Source: Vicugna vicugna (taxonomy: Eukaryota). Taken from it: 64,000 bases of DNA. The position numbers and the translations under genes were made by a program. The stretch lies in assembly GCA_013265495.1 (NCBI GenBank), contig MU058213.1, forward strand, positions 1,240,001-1,304,000, written 5' to 3'. Positions 24,180 to 36,426 of the stretch are shown piece after piece (position 1 is the stretch's first letter; every line of letters starts with the position of its first letter). Under the pieces are notes generated by a model, which saw only the letters and a program-made list of their open reading frames with translations, did no database searches and had not been told where the DNA came from.

Positions 24180-26950
24180 ACGTTCCACTTTGGAGATTTC
24201 CCCGGGTCAGTGGATCTCGCTGGCTCCATTTCTACAACGCGCAGGAAGGCAAGTGTGGTTCTGCCGCAGAACACCGCTTCGCGGGAGAAACGCGCACAAA
24301 CCGCAGACGCGCTCTCGTGTACCCGCCACCCTGCTGGGCACGCCCCGATATTTACACCCAGTTTGGGAGGCTTCCTCCCGGCTCTCATTTGCTACTTTAA
24401 ACTCGCCAGAAGAACCTGTTAGCGGCCGGAGCTGGGAGGGCAGACTGGGAGGGGGGCGCCCTCGCTCGGCTCCCCGGCGGTGACGCGGCTGCTGCCCTCC
24501 GCCCTCGGCTCCCACCCTGTTTGCGTGGCTACAGGCTTAGCAGTGGACCAGCGACGCCGGGCCCCTGGAGCCCCTGTCCCGGCCCAACCCACCTACCCGC
24601 CCCTGCCCCCCGCCCCACCGCACGCGCCTGTGAGACTGGCTTACCCCGGTGGGCGAGTCGCGGCGCATTAGCGGATTTCATGGCAAGTTGCTTCTGTGAC
24701 AAGCGATCAGGTTCGCGTTTGAGGATTTGCCCCCTAGGAGGGAGGGAAACGAAGAGTCACTCTGCATAATTTCAAATGAGAACGAAACCGGGAGACAGGG
24801 GAGCCTAATTTCTAGCCACCTAATTTCCCCCTCCCCCCGACCCCATAAGCTTCCCACCAACCCCCCCCCCGGGAACCTATAATTACCGCCCCCCCTCGCT
24901 CCATATACACCCCTGGGCCAATGCACAGTAAGAAAAAGTAATCCGCACACATCGCAGGTGATACCTTTTATTGCTCTCAGTTTTAAAGACAGGGGCGGGA
25001 TGGCTTCCTCCATGAAGCCTTTCTCGGCAGCCCGGTCCCGGGCAGGTGGATCAGCCAGGCCGCTCCAGGGCCCGCGGGTTCCTTCAAGGTCGCGAGGTGA
25101 GGGGTGCGGAAAAGAGAGACCTCGGGCTTTGTGCCAAACGGCCCCTTTCGGCGCCCGGGGTCTGACGCAAAAACCCAAATTCCCTCCAGCGCCTTCGGCT
25201 CCATCTTTAAGTCCAGGCAAAGATCAATTCTCCCTCTTTCTCGCACGCACACATTTGCAGCCATAAATAAACAGCTCCCAGCTAAATCAGGAACCAGAGA
25301 AGAGAAGAGAAGGATGAGATCCAAAGCACGGGTCTCGCTTCTCCCGAGCGCCGGATGGCTCTTTTTGGTCAGGCTAGCCTTGCATTTGGGGTTGCAACTT
25401 GCATTTGAATAGCTGCCTGGGCTTGTTATGGACCCGGGAAAGCTCTGAAAGGGAATCACTATGCAAATTGTCCCAGTTACAATCGAAAGGTTCGATCTCC
25501 AGGAGCTGCCTGACGGAAGTTGATGTCAGCTATCTGTGCATTAGGGTTGCATTACCGCCTTCACGGGCCGCCTCAACACCCCCGCTCCTGTCTGCCAGGG
25601 AGCCTTTTTTTTTTTTTTTTGCTTATGTGTATATTTTCCCTCAGTAATTAAAAAAAAGAAAAGAAAAGAATAAAGGGCTTAAGGTGGCAGTGTAGTTGGC
25701 TCGGGCCTGGGAGGCCCACCGGCGGAGGGGAGGAGGTGCGGGCAGAAAGGAGGAGGTGGGGTAGTCATTCTTTTGCAGCAGGTGTTGACGGTGCGTTTGA
25801 AATCAAACATTTAGAAACGGTTTTTTAGCGCTTTGCAGGACTAGGCGGCGGCGAGGGGTAGGGGCGGCGATGTCTGCCTCCGCCCTCCTGCTTGATCCTA
25901 CAATGCCGGCTGCGGATCAATACCCTCTCACTGTAATCCCAGTAATTGTAGGGCTCGCAGCTTTTATTTTAAAGAAATAGGACACTAGGGCGCGGCTGCG
26001 CGGCTGGGCCGCGGTGCCTCCAGGCGCCTTTTGGGGCGCCCATCTTTTACCCTAGATCCCTGAAAGCTCCTCGCAGTGGGGGTGGTTTCGAGACTCCAGC
26101 GCGCTGACATTAGCGTGGCTCGCGTGGCCTCCGGCCGGGAATGGCGCTCGCACGAAGGCGCTCTTGGCGGCTCATGGCAGGCCGCGTGTGGCAGGCCATG
26201 TGGCGTGGGATCCGCCTTATCCTCGCGGGCCGGGGCGGGTGGGCCAGGCCTGGGGATGGGCATCTTGGGCTTGGACGCTGGCCTGTTAGCCTTAGGCCGC
26301 ATGGATTCCAGACATTGACGCTCGGGGACCGTGGTTGCTGGATTATGGGCCTTCCCGCAAAGAAGGCGAGCAGCTTTGTCCTCCTTGTTCGGCCGCCTTC
26401 CAGGGCCCGAGGTCGGGCAGGGCTGTCGGCTGGCTCTTGCTGCAGGCCTAGCTTGGGCTGCACGGTGTCGGGCGCTCTGTCTGGGACGCTGGTAAGGGCG
26501 CTAGGATCCGGCGATAAATCGCCCGCGCGTCCACTTAGGCCCCCGTTTCCTCAGGGAGCGCGGGGCCGCGCATTTAGCGGAGGCCCACTGACCCGACGGC
26601 GCCCGCGGGCCGGCCATGTCCCGCAGGCCGCCTGCTGCCTCTGCCGCCCGCCCCTTGCTGGCAGAGCCGGGGCAGGACCGCTGGGGCCTGGGGCCGCAGC
26701 CCCCGCGCGGCTGGCAGCCCGCAGCTTCTGGCGCCCCCGAAGATGACCATCTGTCATTCAATTAAGGTTTCAGGGCAGCTGATGGGGGAGCCAGGGTCAG
26801 CGACCTCAGGACAAAACGGCCTGCTGCCTCGGATAGGAGAAGTTCAAATGTTAAATGCAGAACATTGTGCCCTCTCCCAGTCCCGGCCCCCACCCGGCCT
26901 CAGGTCCGGCCGGTGGACAGCAGCGGGGTGAAGGGCAGCGGTCATTAGCA
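24180..26950. promoter_or_regulatory. Large upstream CpG island
   Basis: About 2.7 kb GC/CpG-rich block with CCAAT, octamer and GC boxes. Confidence 0.75.
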
Positions 26951-28589
26951 CTTAGATTTCAGCTCTGGGCCGGGCTCCTTCTGTTGGGTCATTCTGACCA
27001 GAGAACCTTTAACCCTTTCACGCCAGCCTGCCCTCTAGGGAAGGCCAGCTTGTCTGATGGAGGAAAGAAAGAGGGAGATCAGATGCACCCATATAAGGAA
27101 GGGTCAAACTGTATTTCCCGTCACTTCTCCATAGGAGAAGGAAACCTACAAGATAGAAGAGAAACAGTTTATTATAGCCAAAACAAACTAAAAAGTCTTC
27201 ATAAAGTTTTATTTAAAAATTTTAGTTTTGGGGACAAAGTACATTCATTAAATAAGATCAGGGAACATAGGGCCAGTGTGGGGAGAACCGGTTTGTAAAA
27301 ATTTCTCAACTTTCCTTCTTTAATTAAGTATGTTTACCCAAAGGTGTGTGAGTGGTGATGAGCTTAAGCCAACCACAGACAACTTCATTTAAAATGCTGG
27401 CAATGAAGTCTCCATGGCAGCCAGCCTCACCTGCAGTTGAAAATAGATCGGACAGTTGGCTTTTTCCATTTGGGGCTTTCTTATAATAAATGAGGTTAAA
27501 AATAATTTTAATTAATGGAGTTAATAAAATACACTTACTAAGCATCCACAGGCTGTGGGCATTTAGGTGTTAATATTCTTGGCTTCCATATACAAGATAG
27601 AGGGAGAAGCCGCCACATACTTGCAGTTTTCAGTGGAAGATCCAACTATTCCTCTCAATTATTAACCATGAAGCCTGAAAACAACTTTATTAGCAAGATA
27701 TCATTTCAAGGCTTGGGAAACTAGGTCTTTCAGCAGGCTAGTTAGTAATAGAAGAAGGAACCACGCCTTCTGGCTTCCAGCCCCACTTCTCAATATTAAA
27801 CCTAGTCCCTACTTTTTGGAAGTAACTATCAAGAAATCAATTATTCAATCAGACATCCAGCATTGAAGCACCTTAGCAAATTTTTCATTGGATAACAATG
27901 AATAATGCATGGGCCTCCAGTATATTGACTGTGGTAAATGGTCTTTAAGGTAAGGTGCTGCAACAAGTACCTTTAAATAAAATCAAAATAAAAAGTTTAC
28001 CACAATCATAATAAATTGTTCAGTCATCTTCCTATTGACTCACATAGCATCTTTCTTCAGGGGCATTTGGAATTATTTTTCCCCCTTACAAACAGACCAG
28101 AACAAATTGATGAATTGCGCTTTCACTATGCTAATTTAGACATTATAAATATTTAATTAACATCCCTAATAGCCAGTCATAGAGGGCCCCCGCTCTACTT
28201 TACACTGTTCTTAATCTAAAGTAAATGCTTTTCCCATTAATAGCCTGATGCCATATTAGCAGCTTCCTCCATAAAAGGGCCCCACTTAGTCTAAAAGGAG
28301 GCGGCACTGAGTAGTCTGCATTGGATAGGGGTTTATTCTTGTTTGTAAATGATCCAGGGAACAGTATCAACTCTACAAATTCTACCTTTCCCAGTCCTTG
28401 CTGAAACTCTTCTAAGAATAGGGGCAACCTCTCAATTTCATTTTTCTAGACAAGGTAACCTTTTGAGGTTGTACTAGAATAAAAACGAATTTATTTTAGT
28501 AAGGCATACATTAAAAAGTGGATCATAGATGATGGATGACAAATTCCCAAATTTTGGAATATACTAGTCTTTTCAACAGAGTAGTGCAG

Positions 28590-28795
28590 TGCATTCTGAA
28601 ACAGGAGTCAAACGACTCAAGTTCAAATATTGTGACACTCACTAGCAGTGGGACCCTTGGGCAAAGGATTTAACCCCTCTCAACCTCAGTTTTCTCTTTT
28701 AATATGGAGACAATTAATGCTTATGCCACAGAATAACTTTAAAGGTTAAATGGAAGAATATACATGAAATTACCTGGCATTTAGTAGATACTCAA
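28590..28795 (+). mobile_element. MIR SINE relic
   Basis: MIR core-like ttgggcaaaggatttaacccctctcaacctcagttttctc. Confidence 0.6.
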
Positions 28796-28931
28796 TTAAT
28801 ATTGGGTTAATTCCTAAATGATTACCAAAAATTCATTAATCTTTCTCTCTCCCTTACACCTATTCTTCTCTAAAACATCCTGTTATCGTAATCTAACATA
28901 ATATGTGCAAATGTTGTTTGTCTCATCAATT

Positions 28932-29096
28932 TTTTAACCTTTTTAAAAAATATCTTTTATTTATTATTTATTTATCTTATTTTGGCAGTGGTGGGAAGGT
29001 AATTAGGTTTATTTATTTTTAGAGGAGGTACTGGGGATTGAACCCAGGACCTTGTGCATGCTAATGCACTCTACCACTTGAGCTATACCGTCCCCC
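28932..29096 (-). mobile_element. Vic-1-like camelid tRNA-derived SINE
   Basis: Minus strand GGGGGACGGTATAGCTCAAGTGGTAGAG...GGTTCAATCCCCAGTACCTCC plus A-rich tail; TSD tctcatcaatt at 28921-28931 and 29098-29108. Confidence 0.85.
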
Positions 29097-30218
29097 ATCT
29101 CATCAATTCTTGAATCTAGTTTCTATAATGTGAAATGAGGCAAAACCTGGAGGCCTAAACCCTGACCAGGAAACAGTGTAAGGACAGATTCTAGAATTTA
29201 GACTTTCAAAGGCTCTGAGTCATAAACTGATCACTGAAATGTTCTTACACAATAGTCCTTGGGTAGTTTAGAAAGATTCCAGGAGGAGCATTATATTTCC
29301 CAGGGGGCAGGAATCAGGCCAGAACTGAAAGTTCAAGAAATTAGAAACTCTCCATGCTGATCTAGCTCTAGTATTAAAATCTTCAGATGCCAAACATTAG
29401 AGTTAACAGCATATGAAAGGAAAAGAAGATTCAGATAATTTAAATTTAAAACATTAGAAAGATAAGCCATCTTATTCTGAGAATATTTCTCCAAGAATTT
29501 GAGGAAAAACCAAACTGACTTGTTGGCTGTTGCTGGTTATACAGACAGTAAAAACCCTGAATTTTTCTTATTTGTCAGCACAGAATAATGCTACTTTAAT
29601 TTAGTTAGTAACATAGGCATCAATATTGATAAGATATTAAGTAAATACCCTAGTAAAATCACATCATTTGGATTTTTGGTACAACCCCAATTTTCCTTTT
29701 TATTTTTGGTTAGGAAGTGGAAAATTCCAGATACATCAACAGGAAAGGGGCAAGACACTGGCTACCTGATTTCCCAAGGAGCAGACAATAGTAGGAGGTA
29801 TAGGCCGACAGACAGGAGAGTCTGACATTAGATAGCTGACTCTCTCTTCCTTGTGCTGTTTTCCATTCTCCTGATTTCTGTCTCTTCCTCTCTCACTTTC
29901 TCTTTCTGCTCTTTGATGATCCATTAAATAGAAAGGGAAACATTTTTGTATTGTCTGCTTCTCCCAGCATTTTGTTTTGAGATACCCGTGGCGAATGTTT
30001 TTGACAAGTGGCTCCCAGGAGTGTGTCTGAGTGTTACTTTCTGAGGACACCATTCATTCTATAGAAATTCCTGTAGGAATTCATAGGAATGGGCTTAGAG
30101 AACTTGCACCCACTTCTTGGGCCTCCTGAGTGAGAATAATATGCCTCTTGGAGTTAAACTATGGGGAGTTGCTCCTGAAGCTCTTAGGAACAGGTGGAAA
30201 GTGATTTGCAGTATGAAA

Positions 30219-30373
30219 CTTTATTCTTTTTTTTTTTTAAGTTTTTTTTTTCCTTTGGGAGGAGATAATTAGGTTTATTCATTTATTTACTTTTAGAGGA
30301 GGTACTGGGGATTGAATCCAGGACCTCCTGCATGCTAGGTATGCACACTACTACTGAGCTATACTCTTCCCCC
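30219..30373 (-). mobile_element. Vic-1-like SINE
   Basis: Same head and tail; 17-bp TSD tgatttgcaRtatgaaa at 30202-30218 and 30374-30390. Confidence 0.85.
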
Positions 30374-31436
30374 TGATTTGCAATATGAAAAACATTGTGT
30401 GGCAGACACCTTGCTGGGCATAGAGTTTAAGAGGAAGCAAGAAGTGGTCCCTGTTACTGATCTGAAGGAAGTGATAGATATTTAGCTGCTGCTTCAGAGA
30501 TATGAAGAAAGCTATGAGATTAGAGAGGATGTGTAGCTGCCTGGGCAGGAAGTTTGATAGTCATGGCTTTATGCAAGGAAGCAACACCTCAAACTCAGGA
30601 GGAGAGATGGAGTTGGGTAGGTGAAGATGAGAATGAGGGAAGGATGTAGAGGCAAAGAGAAAGAATAATACGTGCAAGGGCACTATGGTCTGAATGTCCA
30701 ACCTGGCAGGTGTGAGAGTGTGCAGCTCAAGAAGAAAGTCAGCTAGGACCTGTGAAAGGCCTTGTTGCTAAGTCGGGTTTGGATTTTACCAACTGAGAAC
30801 CAACAGACATTTTTAAGCAAGCAAGTGAGGTGACCAAATTTATTGCTTGGGGAACTAAGTCGTGGCAGAAAGAGGAGACTGGGCACAGGAAGGCCAGTAT
30901 AAAAATGACAAAACAGAAAACCAGAACAAAACTGGTACCCATACTCTTGGTGTATATAAAGCCCTAATTCATTAAATGATTTTCCAAATTTCTATTTTTC
31001 TGATTTAACCATACAGAAATCACTGTATCAAATTTATCTGAGGAGAATGTGATTTTTTTCTGTTCACTGTTACTTTTGGTTTATTTTCCTTTCTATTACA
31101 ATAAATACCCCATAGCTTTGCCTTTGAATCTTCTTGTTCTCAGTTGAACTTGATTTGTGTGTTTTAGGTGGACAACCATTGTCCCTGGACAGGAAACTTG
31201 TCTTCAGTGACAGGGTGAGCTATTTCATATTCAAATGAAACACAAAGCAACTCAAAAAGCCTTGAAAAATAAAGTGGATTCTCACTATCTGTCTTCTTGA
31301 AAGTGTCTTAAAATCTGTACTTCCCTTTCTTATATAGCACCCCCCACACAAAACTTCCTAAAGTTCATCTTTAGATATCTCTTTATTTTCCCCCAAATTT
31401 CTCCCCTTTTTACTTAGTAATGAAATTCCTCATTGT

Positions 31437-31836
31437 TGTGTGTAGCAATGTGCCCAGATATGCAATTATGTCTTCCAATCTCTCTTGCAATAAAGGGTAG
31501 TGATCCAAAAGTGGTCAGCAGATGTCTTATGGTGAGACTTCCAGAAAAGTACTTTAAAGGAGCTGAATCAGCTGGGATATGTTGCCCCCCCCCTTTTTTT
31601 TCTTGATGCCTGGATCATAGTTGGATCTGCAGTGATCATTTGCAACTATGAGATAATTTTGAGGATAAAAGCTATATGTTAAAGATGGCTAGGCAGACAT
31701 GAATAAGGAGCCTGGTTCCTGATGATCATTCCAGCCCTAAATTTTTCTCATGAGAGAGAAATAGGCCTGTATCATATTTAAGTCAAGATTATTTCAGCTA
31801 TGTTTCTAGCAGCTGAATGTATTTCTAAATGATACA
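31437..31836. mobile_element. Old MaLR (MLT1-type) LTR
   Basis: MLT1-like phrases (gagcctggttcctgatgatc; tttctagcagctgaatgtatttctaaatgataca). Confidence 0.5.
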
Positions 31837-34303
31837 ACCTTCATAGACTTTGAAAGTAGATTCTAAAATCTGACAATCCTGGCAGGGGAGTATTGACATT
31901 ATTAATCAATTGAAAGAATATCATATTTCCTAATTTTCTTCATTTTGATAGTCTGTAACTTATCATGGCATATTGGTTATTTTCTTTTGTCTTGTTGCAT
32001 ACAGGTACATTTTGATTTCTTGTTATTTCACCTAACACTAGATTTTATTCTATGCCTTCCCTTTCGTATGTCCTGTTTTATTTATCTCTGTTTCTCATAT
32101 AGAATGACTTTGGATTTTCTTCTATTTCTTAAACCAAATTTACTCATTATTGATAATAGTAAGCTTCCAATTACTTCATTAGTTCTTCATTGATGTCGAG
32201 TGTTTGCATTTTGAAATACTTATTCTTAAATGATAAATTGCTTTATATCTTCTTTAAATCATTATTGGAGCCTTATGAAATAGGTGCATTAGTAAGTTAT
32301 ATTATTAATTAATTTTACTTTATGATAGTAAAGGAGGCATATCAAAATATTTGTTAATAAAGTGGGTATTGGGTCTGATTGGATTGAGCAGTGGGGATAC
32401 CAAGACCCATGCTACACAAAATATCTGTTTACTTTGGTTGACATGGGCTGGTCCCTAAGGACCTGCATCCAGGTAGGGCTAAAGTGATGGAGACTGTTGA
32501 GCATCTACTGAAAAAAGTAAAACATTGTTTAGTGAGAGACTGCCCTAAATGACTTTGTCCACAAAGCATGCAATTAAGGGTGTCTCCTGTACTTGAGTTT
32601 GATTTATCTAGTCCTGTCTCCTTTGAAACTTATGGCATTAATATTACTATTTTTCTGTTATGATATTCCCTCTTCCATTTGGATTTATTGATACAGATAG
32701 CAAAATCCCCAAATCTGTAGAAATCTGTATTCACATGCCTTTCTCTGTTGTGGTTTTTATTTCAGCATTGGGGCATTTGGCTTCAAACTACTGACTTTTG
32801 TTTTTATTTCTAAGCATGGTACCTAGTTACACATTACAATGGCCACTGTCTTATGGCTCACTGGATCTAAAGCTTCTAAAACAAAATATCAATACATAAA
32901 AATGCTGAATCTGTTCCTTGAAATGCATATTCCTTCCCCTTTGTGTTTTAGAAATTTAAAACTTACAGTTACTGCAACTGTAGCATCTGGAAACAGAATA
33001 AAAATGGAGTGAGTTATGTAAAGAAAAAGACAGAGATAGGCAATTCGAAATAGGAATAAAAACAGAAACAATACTTTACATAAAACAAATGAAAGCAAAT
33101 TATGATGCTTCTTCAATCTGTGTTATAAAATCCATTATTTTCATTTGGACCAAAAGTAAAATTCAACAACTTCTGTGGATTATAAAGCAGGAATCTTACA
33201 AACCCTAGGCCCATTTTAGGGAAACTGGGGTGAGAGCCTGGCTCTGCTGGTGCAACTCTGGATTTTTATCCCCACTCAATCCAGAGTAGTTCCATTTTAT
33301 AAAATATTTCAGGTATGAATTAGTTTGAGTAAAGAATTTATCTCCAAAAGCAATGAGAAAGCATTGTTCAGCACTTTTTTGACCTCAAGTAGGCATATGT
33401 AATCAGTATTTTTAGCACTTTCAGGTAATTTAGTGTTCCTCAATCTTAGTGATTACTAACAAATGACAAAGTACAATGAAATTTCTCTTTTAAAATTAAT
33501 TTTAGCATTCAAATAAAATAAAAACCTGTATTGATAAAAGTATCCCACTTGTTTTTCTGAGTTTTTATTTTGTTTTTGAAATGTCAAAGATCCCTAACTA
33601 GATTTTTTTTTTACCTAACTAGATTTTTGACATAATATAATTAATGATAGTCCCTTATTCACGTGGGTGGTTTAGGTATTTCTTTTGTCATAATGACAAT
33701 ACAGATGCAACTTTGCTCTATAGAGATAATCCAAATTGTAATAACATCACAATTTTCAGAGATAGAGAATGATGCAGATATTTTAAAACGTGGTGCTTTA
33801 AAAATGAATGTAAGAGATGTAACATTATAGTTTTTAAGACTTTTTGCAACATAGATCTTATATTTGATGCTGACTTAATATTACTCTGCAGGATGAACAG
33901 CAGCCTGAAGTTCCATTAACATTTAACTTACATTTAAGTTGAGGTAGGTACGACTATTTCATGCATTATGACTTTTTCTGCATGTTTTTAGCCTTCCAGT
34001 TGTCAAAGGAGAACAATGATATGCCTACTTGTTTCAAATTTTATTCAAGAAGCACAAATAATACTATACAAGTGTTAGATTTTAAAAAAAGGATAATCAT
34101 TTATTTTAGATGGTGATATAAATGGCATGCCACTTTCCTTCTGCCCAACAAAGTTGACATATTTGCTTAAATGAATAAGTGTGTCTTTAAGATGAACTAT
34201 TGATAAAGAATAGCAGTTGAGTGCTATAGTGGCACAAGATTGGAGACTTGGGTAGGGACTGGACCATACAGGGCCTTGTGGGCCATGATAAAGGTGTTTG
34301 CAA

Positions 34304-34434
34304 GGGGGGAGGGTATAGCTCAGTGGTAGAGTGCATGCTTAGCATGCATGAGTATCCCCCAATAAATAAATATATAAATAAACCAATTACCTCTCCTCTC
34401 CGAATTTTTTTTTTCAGTGAAAAAGTCTTTAAAA
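34304..34434 (+). mobile_element. Vic-1-like SINE with internal B-box deletion
   Basis: GGGGGGAGGGTATAGCTCAGTGGTAGAGTGCATGCTTAGCATGCATGAG followed directly by tail; TSD-like aaagRtgtttg at 34290-34300 and 34435-34445. Confidence 0.8.
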
Positions 34435-34667
34435 AAAGATGTTTGTATTTTATTCCAAATACGGTGGGAAGCCACTGAAGAATTTTTGACAGAGTGGTAT
34501 GATCACTATGTTTTGAAAGATTCCTCCAGCTGCTCTATGAAGAATGCATAGTAGAGGTTCAAGAGTGGAAGTGGGTGGACGTTAGGGGGCTATTGTGGTT
34601 TCAGGTGAGAGATGATGATCTAGACTAAGGTGGCAGCTGTGGAATGGGAGAAAAATGGAACTTTTGA

Positions 34668-34816
34668 ATGCCAATCCTTCTCGAATTCTTCCACAAAACT
34701 GAAGAGGAGAAAACACTTTCAAACTCATTTTACAAGGCCAAAATTACCCTAATACCAAATCCAGACAAAGACAGCAAAAGAAAAGAAAGCTACAGGCTAA
34801 TATCCCTAATGAACAT
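34668..34816 (+). mobile_element. L1 ORF2 fragment (start of RT region)
   Basis: Translates TLSNSFYKAKITLIPNPDKD...YRLISLMNI, matching the L1 motif LPNSFYEASITLIPKP...YRPISLMNI. Confidence 0.85.
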
Positions 34817-35747
34817 TGTGACGTGCTTTATAAAAAGAAATGCATATTTGGTCTTCTTCCCCATTTCCAGTACAGAGCACCTAAAACCCTTGGAATTTCC
34901 TAAGTGACGAGAGCTATAAAGGTGTCTTTTGTTCTATTAATTAGACAACTTTTGGATGGTGTACCTAAAGATGGGGGCTGTTGTCAGGAGAATCAACTAT
35001 GTGATTAGAGTTGTGATTAGAGTCCCCACTCCCTGACATCTGGAGAAGGGAGAGTGGTTGGAGGTTGAATCAATTGCTAATGACCACGAATTTAATCAAT
35101 CATGCCTCCGTAATGAAGCCTCCATAAAAACCCAAATGGACAGAGTTCAGAGACCTTCCAGGTTGGACGCATGGAGATTTGGGGAGAGTGGCAGGCACTG
35201 AGAGGGCATGGGAGCTCCATGCCCTTTCCTCATACCTGGCCCTATGCATCTCTTTCATCTGGTATCTCAACGTGGTTTGAATTTACATTCCCCTATTGGC
35301 TAGTAATGTTGAGCATCTTTTCATGTGCGATTGGCCATTTGTATATTTTCTTTGGAGAAATGTCTGCTTACGTCCTTTGCCCATTAATTTCAGAAGTAGA
35401 ATAATAACCCACATTTGAAGACCAATTAACATCAGAAAAAAAGAAAAGGAAGGTATTGAAGACGTATCTGACAACCTGAAATTGTCATTTTTGTAAGTCT
35501 CTTCCATCTGGCTGTTCTTGAATTATATCCTTCTATAATAAACCACTGATGTAGTAATAATATGTTTCTCTGAGTTCTGTGAGCTACTCTAGCAAACTAA
35601 TCTTACCAAAGAAATGGGTTGTGGGAACCTCTGATTCACATCCTGTCAGTCAGAAGTAAAGGTTACAACCTGACTTGTGAATGGCATCGAAAAGTCTGAG
35701 GAGTTGGTCATGGGGACTTCCAGTCTATAGCTGGTCAATGAGAAGCA
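34817..35747 (+). mobile_element. MER21-like LTR, interrupted at 35263-35497
   Basis: Starts TG; MER21-like cacctaaaacccttggaatttcctaagtga and gagctactctagcaaactaat segments. Confidence 0.6.
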
Positions 35748-36425
35748 CAGAATGACTATTAGTTAAAAATGCAAGCAATAACAAGTGTTGACGAGGACAT
35801 GGAGAAAAGGGAACCCTTGTGCACTGCTGATTGGACTGTAAATTGGTGCAGCCACTATGGAAAACAGTATGAAGGGTTCTAAAAAAATTAAAAAGAGAAC
35901 TACCATATGATCCAACAATCTCATTTATGGGTATTTATCCCAAAGAATTGAAATCAGGTTCCTGAAGAGTCATTTGCACTTACATGTTCATTGTAGCATT
36001 ATTTACAATAGCCAAGAAGTAGAAAAAATGTAAATGTTTATGGACAGATGAATGGATAAAGAAAATGTGATACAGACACACACACACACACAACCAGTGG
36101 ACTGTTATTCAGCCCTAAAAAAAGGAAGGAAGTCCTGTCTCATGCAACAGCATGAATGAAACTGAAGGACATTCTGCTAAGTGAATAGCAGAAGGACAGA
36201 TACTGCAGAATTCCACATATATAAGGTATCTAAAATAGTTAAACTCATGGAAGCAAATAATAGAATTGTAGTTGCCAAGGGCTGGAGGGAGGAGGAAACA
36301 GGGAGTTGCTAATCAACAGGTATAAAATTTCAATTATGCAAGATATTTCAGAATCTGCTGTACAATATTGTACCCATAGATAACAATATGGTATTGTATA
36401 CTTAAAAATGAGTTAAGAGGGTAAG
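35748..36425 (+). mobile_element. L1 3' portion (old L1M-type)
   Basis: ORF2 C-terminal (gagaaaagggaacccttgtgcactg...) and 3'UTR motifs. Confidence 0.8.
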
Positions 36426-36426
36426 T

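Noticed and set aside
21757..26761. 247-aa, 180-aa and 201-aa ORFs in upstream CpG islands
   Set aside because: Mostly non-ATG starts, low-complexity composition, no family resemblance.
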